A DNA stretch of 64,000 nt from contig OX597830.1 of NCBI GenBank assembly GCA_951406725.2, positions 21,452,001-21,516,000 of the forward strand, written 5' to 3'. The position numbers and the translations under genes were made by a program. Below, piece after piece: positions 13,213 through 27,722 of this stretch. How positions within the stretch are numbered: the stretch's first letter is position 1; each line of letters begins with the position of its first letter. Source of the stretch: Octopus vulgaris. Its lineage: Eukaryota. Below the pieces are notes generated by a model. That model did no database searches and was not told where the DNA came from. It saw nothing but the letters and a program-made list of their open reading frames with translations.

Positions 13213-13364
13213 CGTGAGTTATATATATATATATATATATTTTGTAAATATTAATGTTTGTTTTTATGTTATAATAAAAATGATTTTACATTAATTTGAA
13301 GGATTACTCAATACATTTGGTAGAGAAAAGATTTATTATTCTTTAACAAGTGTAGAATTTTGAA

Positions 13365-13445
13365 AGTGACATCGAAGTTTCGGACAGCTGAGCCGTCATC
13401 GGACTGTCCGATGATGGCTTAGCTAGCCGAAACTTCGATGTCACT
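13365..13445. ncRNA. Palindrome of two back-to-back minimal hammerhead motifs
   Basis: Right arm ACUGU-CCGAUGA-U-GGCU-uagcu-AGCC-GAAA-C-uucgau-G-UC-ACUG; left arm is its diverged reverse complement, centre 13405. Confidence 0.55.
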
Positions 13446-13749
13446 GGCAATATTATCCCTGCTTAATAACAATAAATATATTTTTCTACTCTCGCCACAA
13501 GGACCGAAATTTGGGGGGAGGAGGGGGGCAATCGATTAGATCGACCCTAGTACGCATCTGGTATTTGGTTTATCGACTCGAAATGATGAAAGGCAAAATT
13601 GATTTCGGCGGAATTTGAACTCAGATCGTAAAGGCAGTCGACGTACTGCTAAGCATTTCGCCCAGCGTGCTAACGCTTCTGCCAGCTCGCCGCCTTAATA
13701 ATGATAATAAATATAATCCGTTTTGTGTGGGTGTGTGTACACACATATT

Positions 13750-13893
13750 ATTTTTGTTCTTTGCAAGCTAAGTACTTATTTTATCGGTCTTTTTTACCGA
13801 AGTGCTATGTTGCGGGGATGTAAATACTCCAACATGGGTTGTTAAGCGATGGTGGTGGGGGACAAACACAAACACAAACATATACACACACAT

Positions 13894-13976
<83 letters not shown>

Positions 13977-14115
13977 CACACACGACAGGTTTCTTTCAGT
14001 TTCTGTCTACCAAATCCACTCACAATGTTTTGGTCGACCCGAAGCTATAGTAGAAGACGCTTGCCCAAGGTGCCACGCAGTGGGATTGAACTCGGAACGA
14101 TGTGGTTGGGAAGCA
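13750..14115 (-). mobile_element. SINE family B
   Basis: Reverse complement of the family B head/CORE-like part with internal (CA)n. Confidence 0.75.
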
Positions 14116-14665
14116 GTGTGTGTTGTGAGTTTGTGTCTATGTTTCTACCATTCCACTTCATGACAGCAGGTGTTTATTGATTTACATCTGTTACATAATC
14201 TAGCAGTTCGACATAAGTGACCGTAAAAATATGTACCAGACTTCAAAGTAAATAAGTATTAAGGTTCAATCATTTCGACTAATACCCTTCAAGGCTGTAC
14301 TCCAGCCTGGCCGCAGCCCAATTACTGAAACAAGCAAAGGAGAAAAGAATAAAAAGATATTCTGTTATTTTAGGATCCACGCGAGATTTTCCAGCGCAAG
14401 GCTGATAAAGAACAGCAATTTTATCAAGATTTATTGTTTGGCTTTAACATCTTGCATAAGCTTTGATATTTTATCCGTAAGTGTTTGTAGACTTTTTCTC
14501 ATTGTGTGCCACAGTATCACAGCCACCGGCGGTGTAAGAGGTCTCTCTTATCAGGGTTTACAAATGTGTTTTAGTTGGAATTAAACCGTTTGAGACTGAA
14601 TAACAACTTGCCCCAGTTGCGCGGTTGCCGATATAAATTGAGTAAATACACTTGGAGCGTTACAT

Positions 14666-14716
<51 letters not shown>

Positions 14717-14747
14717 TACATAGGAAATATACATAAACATATATATA

Positions 14748-14817
<70 letters not shown>

Positions 14818-14918
14818 CATACGAAATATATGTATATACATATATACTGTATATATATATGTGTGTGTGTGTGTGTGCGTGTGTACACGTATATATATAT
14901 ACGTATGTACGCATATAT

Positions 14919-14983
<65 letters not shown>

Positions 14984-14984
14984 T

Positions 14985-15225
14985 GCAGGAGTGACTGTGT
15001 GGTAAGTAGCTTGCTTACCAACCACATGGTTCCGGGTTCAGTCCCACTGCGTGGCACTTCGGGCAAGTGTCTTCTACTATATCCTCGGGCCGACCAACGC
15101 ATTGTCAGTGGATTTGGTAGATGGAAACTGTAAGAAGCCCGTCGTATATATGTATATGTATGTATGTATATGTGTGTGTGTGTGTGTGTGTGTGCTTTGC
15201 TCGACTAAAGGCGGTGCTCCTTCGT
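14985..15225 (+). mobile_element. SINE family B
   Basis: gtgtggtaagtagcttgcttaccaaccacatggttccgggttcagtccc head. Confidence 0.8.
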
Positions 15226-15584
15226 CGCCCGGTCATGAGTCCAACACCCTAATCACTAAGCCATCATCATCATCGTCGTCGTCGTCGTCGTCATCATTCA
15301 CGTCATTATTGTCCATCATGACCAACAACGAGGCAGTTTCTATCTGGTCACTTGACCTGCTGGTACTAGCAACCAAATCTCCTTCAAATCATTGATTGAT
15401 GTCTTAAAATATATGAATATATAATTTATTAAAACAAAATAAAAGTTGTTTGTTAATATCTCAGTAGCTTTCCTTTTACAAAATATTTGAAAATAAGCAG
15501 GGATGGTCAAAGTTGGAGCACCTTTGATCATTAGTCGCTTTTTTTTTCAGAGAAGACCTCTTTATAAACAACATCCATTTCAAT

Positions 15585-15632
15585 GTCGACATCATCATCA
15601 TCATCATCATTATCGTCATTACCACCAACAGT

Positions 15633-15674
<42 letters not shown>

Positions 15675-15772
15675 GTCGTCGTCGTCATTATTTTCCTCTA
15701 TTTTCTCCTTTCCTTTGCTCCCTGACTTGCATTTCCTTTTTCAAATATGCAATAATAATAATAATAATAATG

Positions 15773-15827
<55 letters not shown>

Positions 15828-16027
15828 TAACAACAACAACAACAAAAACAACAATAACAATAACAACAACAATAATAATGACGATGATAATGATGATGAT
15901 GCGGTTGTTGTTGTTGTTGCTAATGATGATAATGATGTTGATGAAGATGTTGATATTATAATTATCATTATTGTTGTTGATACTGTTCTAGTAGTAGTAG
16001 TAGTAGCAGTAGTTGTTGTTGTTGTTG

Positions 16028-16072
<45 letters not shown>

Positions 16073-16075
16073 GTT
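15585..16075. repeat. Compound trinucleotide microsatellites (CAT)n/(AAT)n/(GTT)n/(ATT)n
   Basis: Direct reading. Confidence 0.9.
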
Positions 16076-16519
16076 GTATATTTATCGATTCATATTTCTT
16101 CATTTGTTTACCGTTATTTACATTGTATTTTTGTGTAAACAACACACACACACGCACACACACACGCATACCCACATACAGACACACACATTGAATAAAT
16201 CAGACACAACAACAACAACAACAGCAACATCAAAAACAGCAATATATTCCACCGACCCAACCCTAGATAAAGATATTTCAATTGGAGAATAGATTTCTAA
16301 TTAGTTAAGTCGCTTCAATGGCGGATTTCAGTTTTTCTTTGTGTTGCTCGTCTTTATTTTTATTTTATTTCAACTTTTCTTTTGTTATTGTTGTTGTTGT
16401 TGTTTTTACAATGAGTAATAATGAACTATTGAAATATTAACGGTAACAACAACAAGAACTTCAACAGAAGCAGCAACAACAACAACAGTAATAGCAACAA
16501 TAATAATAATATTTCTTTC

Positions 16520-17500
16520 TGTTATAGGTACAAGGCCTGAAATTAGGGTGGGGGTGGAGTTGAGGACTTGTCGATTACATTGACCCCAGTGCTTCACTGG
16601 TACTTAATTTATCGACCCCGAAAAGATGAAAGGTAAAGTCGACCTCGGTGGAATTTGAACTCAAAACGCAAAGACGAAATGCTGCGAAGCATTTTGCCCA
16701 GCGTGCTAACGATTCTGCCAGCTCGCCGTCCTTCGCTGCCTTAATATTAAGAAATACTGGTTTCAAATATTGGCACAAGGCCAGCAATTTTAGGAGAGGG
16801 TGCAAGTCGATTACATTGACCCCAGTGCTTAACTGGTACTTGTTTTATCGACCCCGAAACGATGAAAGGCGAAGTCGAACTCGGCAGCACTTGAACACAA
16901 AATAATACCCATCTTATAATATTCACAATATCATATTCCTTATAATATTCAGAAATTTCGAGAGGGTTAAGTCGATTACATCGACCCAGTGCGTAACTGG
17001 TACTTAATTTACCGACCTCGAAAGGATGAAAAGCAAAGTCGACCTCAGCGGAATTTGAACTCAGAACGTAACGACAGACGAAATACAGCTACGCATTTCG
17101 CCCGGCATGCTAACATTTCTGCTAGCTCGCCTGACGAAATGCTTACCGGCATTTCGTCCGCCATTACGTTCTGAGTTCAAATTCCGCCGAGGTCGACTTT
17201 GCTTTTCATCCTTTCGGGATCGATTAAATAAGTACCAGTTACGCACTGGGGTCGATGTAATCGACTTAATCCGTTTGTCTGTCCTTGTTTGTCCCCTCTG
17301 TGTTTAGCCCCTTTATGGGTAGTAAAGAAATAGGTATTTCACCCGCCGCTACGTTCTGAGTTAAAATTCCAGCATGGTCGACTTCGCCTTTCATTCTTTT
17401 GGAGTTGAAAAAACAAGTGCCAGTCGAGCACTGGGGCCGGTGTAATCGACTCTCTCCCGACAAATTTCAGGTCCTATGCCTATAAGAGAAAGGATTGTAT
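16520..17500. mobile_element. Cluster of SINE family A copies in both orientations
   Basis: Minus copies ~16520-17130 abut a plus copy ~17130-17500. Confidence 0.75.
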
Positions 17501-18669
17501 TACACAATTAAATATCATTAATTATTGTATAAAAATAAATTAAATAAATTAAATTATTTGGTTTTTGTAGAATTATAAGCAATTTATTGAAAATGAATTT
17601 TAACAACAAAAAAAAAAGATATCTTATATGAACTCCCAAGGGTCATACAGAGTCCAGTTGAGATCCGCTGCATTAAACATCTAATTTTCTCGACCTCAGA
17701 GATATGTGATTTGGCCTCTTCCTAATGTTAGTAAAAACTGCTCAAGCTGGCTCAGAATCACATCCAGAAAAGAAGGGTAGAAGCTGAGTATGGGTGCCAG
17801 GGACTTGATTTGCTTATCTTTTATCTATTACACTGAGTAACACGATTTTTGTCCTTTGGGTGGAAACTGTTATTTCCCATTTGCTACCCCTTGAAAGTAT
17901 GAAAAAAGCTAATATCCCCTTCAAACTTTGCTTTTGTTACATTTATTCAAACCCCCAAAGAATCTCTCTCACCACATCGCTATGATGGTCCCCCACTACT
18001 CTCGCTCACTCTATAACACGGTTTTTGTCCTTGGGTAGCAACTGTCATTTCTTGTTTGCTTATCTTTAGAAAGTAAGAAAGATGGTTAATAATTCCTTCA
18101 AACTTTGCTTTTTTACATTTATTCAAACCCCAAACAATCCCTATGCTATGATGCTCCCTCACTACTCCTGCTCATGATCAAAGATGCACCTATTGTCAGC
18201 CTGTAAGAGACATGCTCAAGTGGTTAAGGTCAAGCAACTGACAAGCAAATCTGTGGTATTGAGCAGAATATTTGCTATAATGATATCTCTGCTTCAGCAG
18301 CTCAGCATTGAATCTATCTAAAATGCAATGGAAAATATGTCAGTTACTAAATACCGATGTCCAGGTCAGAAAAGCAAACTCTGAAGGGAATAGTAGTCAC
18401 TTCCTTTGATTTCCAAATAGAAACAAATAGGAAGTAACACTTACTGACCAAAGACGAAATAAATAAATAAAAATTTTGCTGGTTTCAATCATTGTACTGC
18501 GGCCATGCTGTAGCAACGCCTTGATGGGCTTAGTCGAGCGAATAGACCTCAGTACTTATCGTTAAGTCTGGTATTTATTCTATCATTCTTTTTTGTTGAA
18601 CCGCTGTTTTATAGGAGGGTAAACAAACCAACGCCAGTTGTCAATTGATGGGCGAGGGACAAACGCAAA

Positions 18670-18749
<80 letters not shown>

Positions 18750-18976
18750 TGTGTATGTGTGTGTGTGTTTTCCCCACCGCCGCTTGACAACTGATGGTGG
18801 TATGTTTATGGCCCAGTAACTTAGCAGTTCAGCAAAAAGAAACGACAGAATAAGTACCAGACTTTAAAAAAAAAAGTACTGGATTCGATTCGTTCGACTA
18901 AAAATTCTGGCCGCAGTTTAATAACTAAAACAAGAAAAATTTAAAAAAAGATATATATAAAATATATATATATATA

Positions 18977-19129
18977 GTGGCTGTGTGGTAAGTAGCTTCC
19001 TTACCAACCACATGGTTCCAGGTTCAGTACCACTGCGTGGCACCTTGGGCAAGTGTCTTCAACTATAGCCTCGGGCCGACCAAAACTTTGTGACTGGATT
19101 TGGTCGACGGAAACTGAAAGAAGCCCGTC

Positions 19130-19190
<61 letters not shown>

Positions 19191-19278
19191 AGTGTGTGTG
19201 TGCGTGTGTTTGTGTGTCTGTGTTTGTTCCCCCAACATCACTTGACAACCGATGCTGGTGTGTTTACGTCCCCGTAAC
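18977..19278 (+). mobile_element. SINE family B
   Basis: Head, ccttgggcaagtgtctt CORE-like motif, internal (TA)(TG). Confidence 0.8.
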
Positions 19279-19279
19279 T

Positions 19280-19331
<52 letters not shown>

Positions 19332-19368
19332 ATGGATAGATAGATAGGTAGATAAATAGATAGATAGC

Positions 19369-19431
<63 letters not shown>

Positions 19432-20132
19432 TTATACATATATACACACACACACGCGCGCACGCATATATATATATGCATGCATATCTAAGTAAACGTC
19501 TCTATGTAGGTATGTATATATTTGTGTATGTCTACCATCTAAAGGTATGGAGTCAGTGGGCATTTGCCGGAGGGCCTCACATCAGTAGAGGACCCATCAA
19601 TCCTGATCTCTGTAAGCTGTGTCTTGTTCTCAGTACATAAACACTATATTGTCAAGTACATTGACTTGCCCAGGGGCACGTAATCCTATGACGACGCTGC
19701 GTGTCAATGAACTATACTACAGGAGATAAACAGTTGAATTCTCAGCCGTTGCCCTATTTTATTCGGTTTATATTTGGCAGGAAAGAAAAACGTGTCCCGA
19801 GTTTCCTCCCTTTCTGGAATAATTCAAATACCATTAACCATTCAGGAATATCAGCGTTGTTTTTTCTGTTATTAATATTTCTGACTATAAGGCGGCGAGT
19901 TGGCAGAGTCGTTAGCGCATCGTTAGCGGCATTTCGCCCGTCTTTATGTTCTGAGTTCAAATTCCACCGAGGTCGGCTTTGCCTTTTATCCTTCTGGGGT
20001 CAATTTTAATAAGTACTAGTCGATATAATCAACTATGCCCCTCGCCACAAATTCCAGGCCTTGTGCCTATAGAAGAACGAATTATTATTTCTCACTATAA
20101 AGCGACGAACTGGCAGAATCATTAATTATGAA

Positions 20133-20548
20133 GGCGGCGAACTGGCAGAAACGTTAGCACGCCGGGCGAAATGCTTAGCGGTATTTCGTCTGCCACTACG
20201 TTCTGAGTTCAAATTCCGCCGAGGTCGACATTGCCTTTCATCCTTTCGGGGTCGATAAATTAGGTACCAGTTATGCACTGGGGTCGATATGATCGACTTA
20301 ATCCGTTTGTCTGTCCTTGTTTGTCCTCTCTGTGTTTAACCCCCTGTGGGTAGTAAAGAAATAGGTATTTCGTCTGCCGTTACGTTGTGAGTTCAAATTC
20401 CGCCGAGGTCGACTTTGCCTTTCGTTTTTTCGGGGTCGATAAATTAAGTACCAGTTACGTACTGGGTCGATGTAATCTACTTAATCCCTTTGTCTATCCT
20501 TGTTTGTCCCCTCTGTGTTTAGCCCCTTGTGGGTAATAAAGAAATAAG
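20133..20548 (+). mobile_element. SINE family A with tandemly duplicated body and tail
   Basis: One head followed by two ~180-bp body+tail units. Confidence 0.85.
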
Positions 20549-20754
20549 AATCGTTAATTAGCAACGCCTTACAAAAACGCTTGGAAGCATTTCGTCCGTC
20601 TTTAGGTCCCGAGTTCAAACGTCGCCGAGGTCGATTTAACCTTTCATCTTTCTGGGTCAATAAAATAAGTACCAGTAGAGCACTGGGGTCGATGTAATCG
20701 ACTTACCGACTGCTCCCAAATATCTGGCCTTGCGCCAAAATTTGAATCTGTTAG

Positions 20755-21102
20755 GGTAAAGGCCCCTTTCGGTCATGAATGAGCATGTGATTGCATTTAG
20801 AAAGTTCCCCCCTGGGACACAAGTCTGGGCAAGGTTGTTCATGGAAGACCAGCAGTCGCCCATGCATCCCAACCTCTCCTCTCCACGCCATTGATGTTAT
20901 CCAAGGGAAAGGCAAAGGGGCCGATACAGCTTGACACCAGTGACGTCACAACTCATTTCTAAAGCTGAGTGAACTGGAGCAACGTGAAATAAACGCGAAA
21001 GACTTGCTCAAGAACACAACACACAACCCGGTCCAGGAATCGAACTCACTACCTCATGATTGTGAGCCCGACGCTCTAACCACTGAACCATGCGCCTTTA
21101 CT
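20755..21102 (-). mobile_element. tRNA-derived SINE (family C-related)
   Basis: Reverse complement resembles 57311-57765. Confidence 0.75.
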
Positions 21103-21684
21103 TGAAACCATTATTTCTCGCTATAAGGCAATGAGCTGGCAGAATCGGTAACACGCCAGGCAAAACGCGTAGCAGCACTTCGTTTGTATTTACGTTGAGA
21201 GTTCAAATTCCACCGAGGTCGACTTTGCCTTTCATCTTTTCGGAGATCGATAAAATAAGTACGAGCTAAGCACTAGGGGTCGATGTAGTCGATTAACCCC
21301 CTTCCCACAAAATTTCTGTTCCTTGTGTTTAGAGTAGGAAGGTTTATTATTTCGCACTATATAATTATATTTAGTCGACGTTCTCTGCATTAAATGTATG
21401 TACATTAGTTTAATGTTTTAAATACTTCCTAGCTTCCCACTTATATCGTTAATTAGTAATTAGCTTGTAAAATAGCTAAATTGTTAAGCAGTAAGATCAC
21501 TCGTGAAGCCTTTGTACTTATTAGTAAACAGGCTGTTTACCTAGTAATGGCTTCTGTTGGTAGCTACCAAATGACTTGCTTCGGCTAATCAGGAGAACTT
21601 TGATAAGATAGTGGAATGGAGCTCGAGCTAACTAGATACCCAGGTAGCACTGTGGGTATATATGTAGGTTGATAGGTACGAAGG

Positions 21685-21885
21685 TAGGTAAGTAGGTAGG
21701 TAGGTAGGTAGGTAGGTAGGTGGGTAGGTAGGTAGGTAGGTAGGTAGGTAGGTAGGTAGGTAGGTAGGTAGGTAGGTAGGTAGGTAGGTAGGTAGGTAGG
21801 TAGGTAGGTAGGTAGGTAGGTAGTAGGTAGGTATGTAGATAGGTAGTAGGTAGGTAGGTAGGTAGTTAGGTAGGTAGGTAGGTAT
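21685..21885. repeat. (TAGG)n tetranucleotide array within a degenerate TAGG/TAGA-rich domain to ~23950
   Basis: Direct reading. Confidence 0.9.
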
Positions 21886-22015
21886 ATAAGTCGGTAAATA
21901 GTTACGTGTGTAGATATGTATGCAGAAGAATAGGAAGCTGAGTAAATAGCTATTTAGCTAGCTTGATAGCTATCTAGCTAGCTTGATAACTAGCTTAATA
22001 GCTAGCAAGCTAAAT

Positions 22016-22412
22016 AGATTTCTTTATTGGCCACGCAGAGCAAACACAGAAGGGACAAAATACAAAGTAGAGCTTTTCTTTTTGGGAAGAAGAGAAGGAA
22101 AGGAAATAAAATAAAAAAAGGGGGTGCAATTCCGATCAAAAGAGATCGTGAAAAAAAGAAAGGTGGGGGTGGGATTCCGATCAAAAGAGATCGTGAAAAA
22201 AAAAGTGGGGTCGATCAATAGGGATTGTGTCAGATAGATAGATATGTTTCTTTATTAGCCACACAGGGCTGGACTCTGACGGGACACATTACAAAGTAGA
22301 GCTTTTCTTTTTGGGGAGAAAAAAAGTGGGGTAGGTTTTCGATCAAAAGGAATCGTAGAAAGGAAAAAAAGAAAAGAAAAAAAGGAAAGAAAAAAAACGA
22401 TCAATAGGGTAG
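22016..22412 (-). mobile_element. Two short 3'-end fragments of an L1/Tx1-like LINE
   Basis: Both match the 3' UTR of 22998-23443 (aaaagaaaagctctactttgta...aataaagaaa) and end at GATA-like sequence. Confidence 0.7.
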
Positions 22413-22997
22413 ATATGTAGGAAGATGTAAAAATGCGAGGGCTGGTAGGTAGGCAACTAGTTTGATTGGTTTGTAGGTAAGTAGGTAGTATTGTAAGTTC
22501 GTAGGTTAGTAGGTAAATAAGTATGAAGGTAGATAAATAGGTAAGTTAGCGAGACGATAGTGAGTCAGGTAGGTAGGTAGGTTGGTAGGTAGGTAGGTAG
22601 GTAGGTAGGTAGGCAGGTAGGTAGGTAGGTAAATAAGTAAGTAGGTAAATAGGTAGTAAGGAAGCTAGGTTTCCAAGATGAGTAAGTAGTGATGTAAAGT
22701 TATCTATCACTTATTTACCTACCAATCTACCTACCTGAATAACTAATTGCCTATCCAGCATTTCGCGTAGCTTCCAAGCTACCAATCAGTTCTTAGACAG
22801 AAAAAAATCGGTTATATGATGGGGGTAGTTAATTAGGTCTGAAAGTAAGTAAAATGATGAGTAAATTGGTAAATATATAACTAATAGGTTGGTAGTAAGT
22901 CCAGTTGGTAGAATAAATTATTTGTAGTCAGGGTAGTTAGTGGGTAACTAGATTAGTCGAGAAGGAGGAAGGTGAATAAGGAGGTAGGTTAATAGTT

Positions 22998-23443
22998 AGA
23001 TATGTTTCTTTATTAGCTACACAGGGTTGAACAGAGAGGGGATAAATTACAAAATAGAGCTTTTCTTTTTGGGGAGAAAAAAAGGGGTGGGGTAGGTTTT
23101 CGATCAAAAGGGATCGTAAAAAAAGACGATTAATAGGGATCGTGTATCACAGAAATGTCATGATGTAAAGTGTAAAGGAGGAAACAGGAGGTTTATCCGT
23201 GGAAAGAAAAGCCTACGGAAAAGACCACGGTAACCTCGGTCAATAATGTCACATGTTAACACATTTATTTGCAAGTAAGTAACTCTTTGTTTTAAATTTT
23301 TCCGGGTTCATAGGATTATGCTCAAGGTGGCTTCGTCATTCAGACGTGCCACACTTGCTACATTCACCCATCTTTTTTTGAAACATTCGCTAGACAAAAC
23401 TTGCCTCTCTACTCTCACTTTCCTTTTCAAGTGATACTTGAAG
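22998..23443 (-). mobile_element. 5'-truncated L1/Tx1-like LINE (ORF2 C-terminus 23308-23442 plus 3' UTR)
   Basis: FKYHLKRKVRVERQVLSSECFKKRWVNVASVARLNDEATLSIIL* resembles Tx1-group ORF2 ends (R.E...F...W); 3' UTR ends in AATAAAGAAA. Confidence 0.65.
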
Positions 23444-24634
23444 GGTAAATAGATTGTTGGTTAGGCAAATTGATAGCTGGAGAGGCAGGTAAATAGGTAG
23501 TTAGGTAAATAGGTAAATAGTGAGATCGGTAGATAAGTAGCAATTAAGTCGGTTGGTAGAATGGCTGGTTGTCAGGGCAGTTAGTAGATAGCTAGCTAGG
23601 TGGATAGCTAGGCAGATAGATAGCTAAGTAGGTAGATATGTAGGTAGGTAGGTAGGTAGGTAGGTAGGTAGGTAGGTAGGTAGGTAAATTGATAGGTTTG
23701 TTAATAGGTAGGGATGAGAGTTTAAAAAATGTATAAATTGGTAGATGGGTTTGTAGACAAATTCATAAATAGGTAGCTATGTTGGTAGATAGGTAACGAA
23801 ATAGGTAGATAGATAGGTAGTTTAGGTAAATAGACCGACAGACAGACAGATAGCTAGAAAGATAGGTAAGTTGGTAGCTAGCTAGGTATATTTATATGTA
23901 TGTATATATGTATGTTTGTATAAGCGCGTGTAGGTAGGTAAGTAGAGATTTGAGAGCGGTGCCAACCACATGCCTCCTCCTCCTCCTCCCCCTCCTCCTC
24001 TTCCCTTCCTCCCCACTCCACCCAACGTTAATAACCTAAATTATACTGCAGTCACCACCTTATTTTTCCCAGTAGAAACTATTTCAACCAATATCAGACC
24101 TAATTCTTCAAATTGTCCTCTTTTTAACCAGACATTCTTGGAGTGGGTCTTAACTTCGACACCGCTTTCTCTATCTTTTTCCCTATAATTTTTTTTCTGC
24201 CACCGATTCTTTCTTTCTTTCTTTCTTTCTTTTTTCTCTTCTTATTGCTTATCTTTCACCCCCTCCCCTTACATCTCTCTCTCCCCCTCTCTCTTATTAA
24301 TCTTCCTCCTCCTTCCACCCGTTTCTCTAATATATTGCCGTCTCTAAGTGCCGTAACTATTTCTCTCTCCCTTGCCCTCTCTTTATTTTTCACTCTCTCT
24401 CACTCACCCTCACTCTCTCACGCACCCTCTCTCTATCACGGTTTCTCTTTATATGCCTCTCTGTCACTCTCTCTTTTCACTTTATCGTTCTCTCTCTTTC
24501 TTTTCCTTCTTTCTAGCTTAGGTTACACTGCAAGTTATTGCTTACCATAATATACGATTTCTCTCTCATCTCACTCCCCCTCTCTCTCTTCATCTTTCTA
24601 TCTATCTACCTCACTTTACATGTTACCTATACAT

Positions 24635-24672
<38 letters not shown>

Positions 24673-24775
24673 GCAGAGACATACATATATAAATGTATCC
24701 GTCTATTTGTTTATCAATTTACCTATCTTTCTCTCTATTTATCATAAATATTCACACACACACAAAAATATATAT

Positions 24776-24826
<51 letters not shown>

Positions 24827-24866
24827 CATATACATATACACACATAAATATTGGCCTGATCACGTG

Positions 24867-24921
<55 letters not shown>

Positions 24922-25004
24922 TATTAACAATGTTCCACTACCGAGAAATATGTGTATTTTATATGCATATAGAGATAATATACAGAGCGTACACTCCTTC
25001 CCTC

Positions 25005-25007
<3 letters not shown>

Positions 25008-25059
<52 letters not shown>

Positions 25060-25109
25060 GTCTGTCTATCTGTCTGTCTGTCTGTCTGTCTAACTACCTA
25101 CCTATCTAC

Positions 25110-25200
<91 letters not shown>

Positions 25201-25225
25201 CCTACCTAACTACCTACCTACCTAC

Positions 25226-25289
<64 letters not shown>

Positions 25290-25337
25290 TTGTCTCTTTA
25301 ACACATACACACCTTTTCCTCCCTCTTTCTCTGTCTC

Positions 25338-25379
<42 letters not shown>

Positions 25380-27140
25380 TGTCTGTCTCTGTGTTTCTCT
25401 CTCTCTCTCTCATCTATCACTTTTACTCTTTTATCATCCTTCTCCATTCTTGCTCAAGCTATCTCTTCATCAACCACCACCACTATAATCATACAACCAC
25501 CACCGTCACCATCGCCACCACTACCACCACCATTGTCACCACTATCACCATCACCACCACCACCACCACCACCTCCACTACCACCCACCTACCCCTGCCC
25601 TTCCTCTAAACGTTCCATCCACCCAAACACTCCCACCCCGCCGCTTACGACCCCCCCCCCCCCCACACACACGTACTCCTGTCTACAGTTCTACCAAGCA
25701 CAGCCTCCATCAGTGGTGTGACACAATTCCCACGCTACAAGAATACTCGCAGAACTGACACCGATGCTAACCACCGCCACCACCCCATTCCACCACCCAC
25801 CCTGTCTCTGCACCACCACTACCACCACCACCACTACCACCACCACTACCACCATCACCACCACCTCCACCACCGAGACAACGACTTCACCAAACACTAC
25901 CACACCCACCTTAATGTTACCTTTTTTCTGTTTCTCTACTAGCACCGCCACATCTTCAACACCGGCGTCACTACCACCATCCCAGCCTAGCCGTGCTCGC
26001 ACCACCTCAACACCACCACCACCACCACCACCACCACTTTGCTACTCCCACCAATACCACCATAAACTACCACCTACACCACTATCACACTGTTATCAAT
26101 ACTACCACCGTACTACGTCTGATACCATCATACACTACTACTATTACCACCAGAAAAACTACTACCACGTCACCATGACCAATACCATTACAGTACTACT
26201 ACCGAAACCATTACAGTGTTAGTAATACCATCGCAGACCACAAACTACCACCGACACCATTACATCTCTACCACTAATACCATTCACTAGCATAAATATA
26301 AACACAGTACTAGCACCAAAACCACTACATCTGTATCACCCATACCACCACCATCACCACGTCACTACAGTCCTTACAGCCATAGTGCTAACACCAACAT
26401 CAATGCCACTACCGTACTAGCACCAACACCACAACATCACTGGCACTAATAATCGTTACACGTTATCACCCATACCACTAAATACTACCACCAATACCAC
26501 TATGTACTATAACCAACACTACCACATTATAATATCAAAAACTCCCCGTCGCCTTACCTCCACCATCACCACTACCACCTCACTATCTACAGCACCGTCA
26601 GGGCATTACACCACTACATCACAACAACCTGTAGCCTCGTCCCTGTCTTCTGTCACCACGACAACAACCACTGTTATCACATGACTACTAACAACCACTT
26701 TCCCCGAGATCATCATCACCACCATCACCACCACCGTCGACATCACTATCACCACTGTCACCTCTACCATCGCTACCCCCGCCCCCCAATACTGTCAACC
26801 ACCTCCCACCACCACCACCACCACCACCACCATCACCAGCAACATCAAAAACACCAAAAACAACAACAGTTCTATCACAACCACCATCACCACCATCATC
26901 AACAGCAGCAGCACCACCACCACCACCACCACTACCACTACCATCAACACCATCACCACTACCACTACTGCCACCATCACCACCACCTCCACCAATAATA
27001 ATAACAACATCACCACCACTGTCATCATATATATATACCGCAACCAATACGACAACGACGGCGACCACCACCACCACCGCCACCGCCACTACCACCACCG
27101 CCGCCGCCACCACCACCACCGCCACCGCCACCTGCCTACA
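25008..27140. repeat. (TATC)n, (CT)n and long degenerate (CAC)n/(ACC)n low-complexity domain
   Basis: Direct reading. Confidence 0.85.
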
Positions 27141-27290
27141 AACGATCTAACCAATTCTATATTTAGTCCCTGGTTACTGTACCCAGGTCAACTTGGAAAT
27201 GTCTGTGACGCTGCTTCTCTATTTTTTTTCTTCTTTATCACGCTCGCCCCTCCTCTCTCTCTCCCTCTGTCTCTCGCTCATATTCATTCC

Positions 27291-27324
<34 letters not shown>

Positions 27325-27671
27325 CACACGCTCATGTATACATTACACACACACACGCACACACATTAATTGTAGCAATATCTGCTTTACCGCTGTGTTT
27401 ATCTACCTACCTACCTACCTAACCGTCTGTCAGTCTATCTATCTATCTATTTATCTATCTACCTACCTACCTACCTACCTACCTACCTATCTATCTAACT
27501 ATCTATCTGCCTATCTACCTATCTACCTATGTATCTATCTACCCGTCTATCTATCTATCAAACATATATACACACATATACGCACATATATGTGTATATG
27601 TAATATATACATATATGTGTAAAGGTTGAATAACCATACACACAAACATATATATATATGTATATGTAACG

Positions 27672-27722
<51 letters not shown>

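Noticed and set aside
14374-14476. AG...GT-bounded 103-nt candidate exon
   Set aside because: No recognisable peptide and no partner exons; such signals occur by chance in AT-rich DNA.
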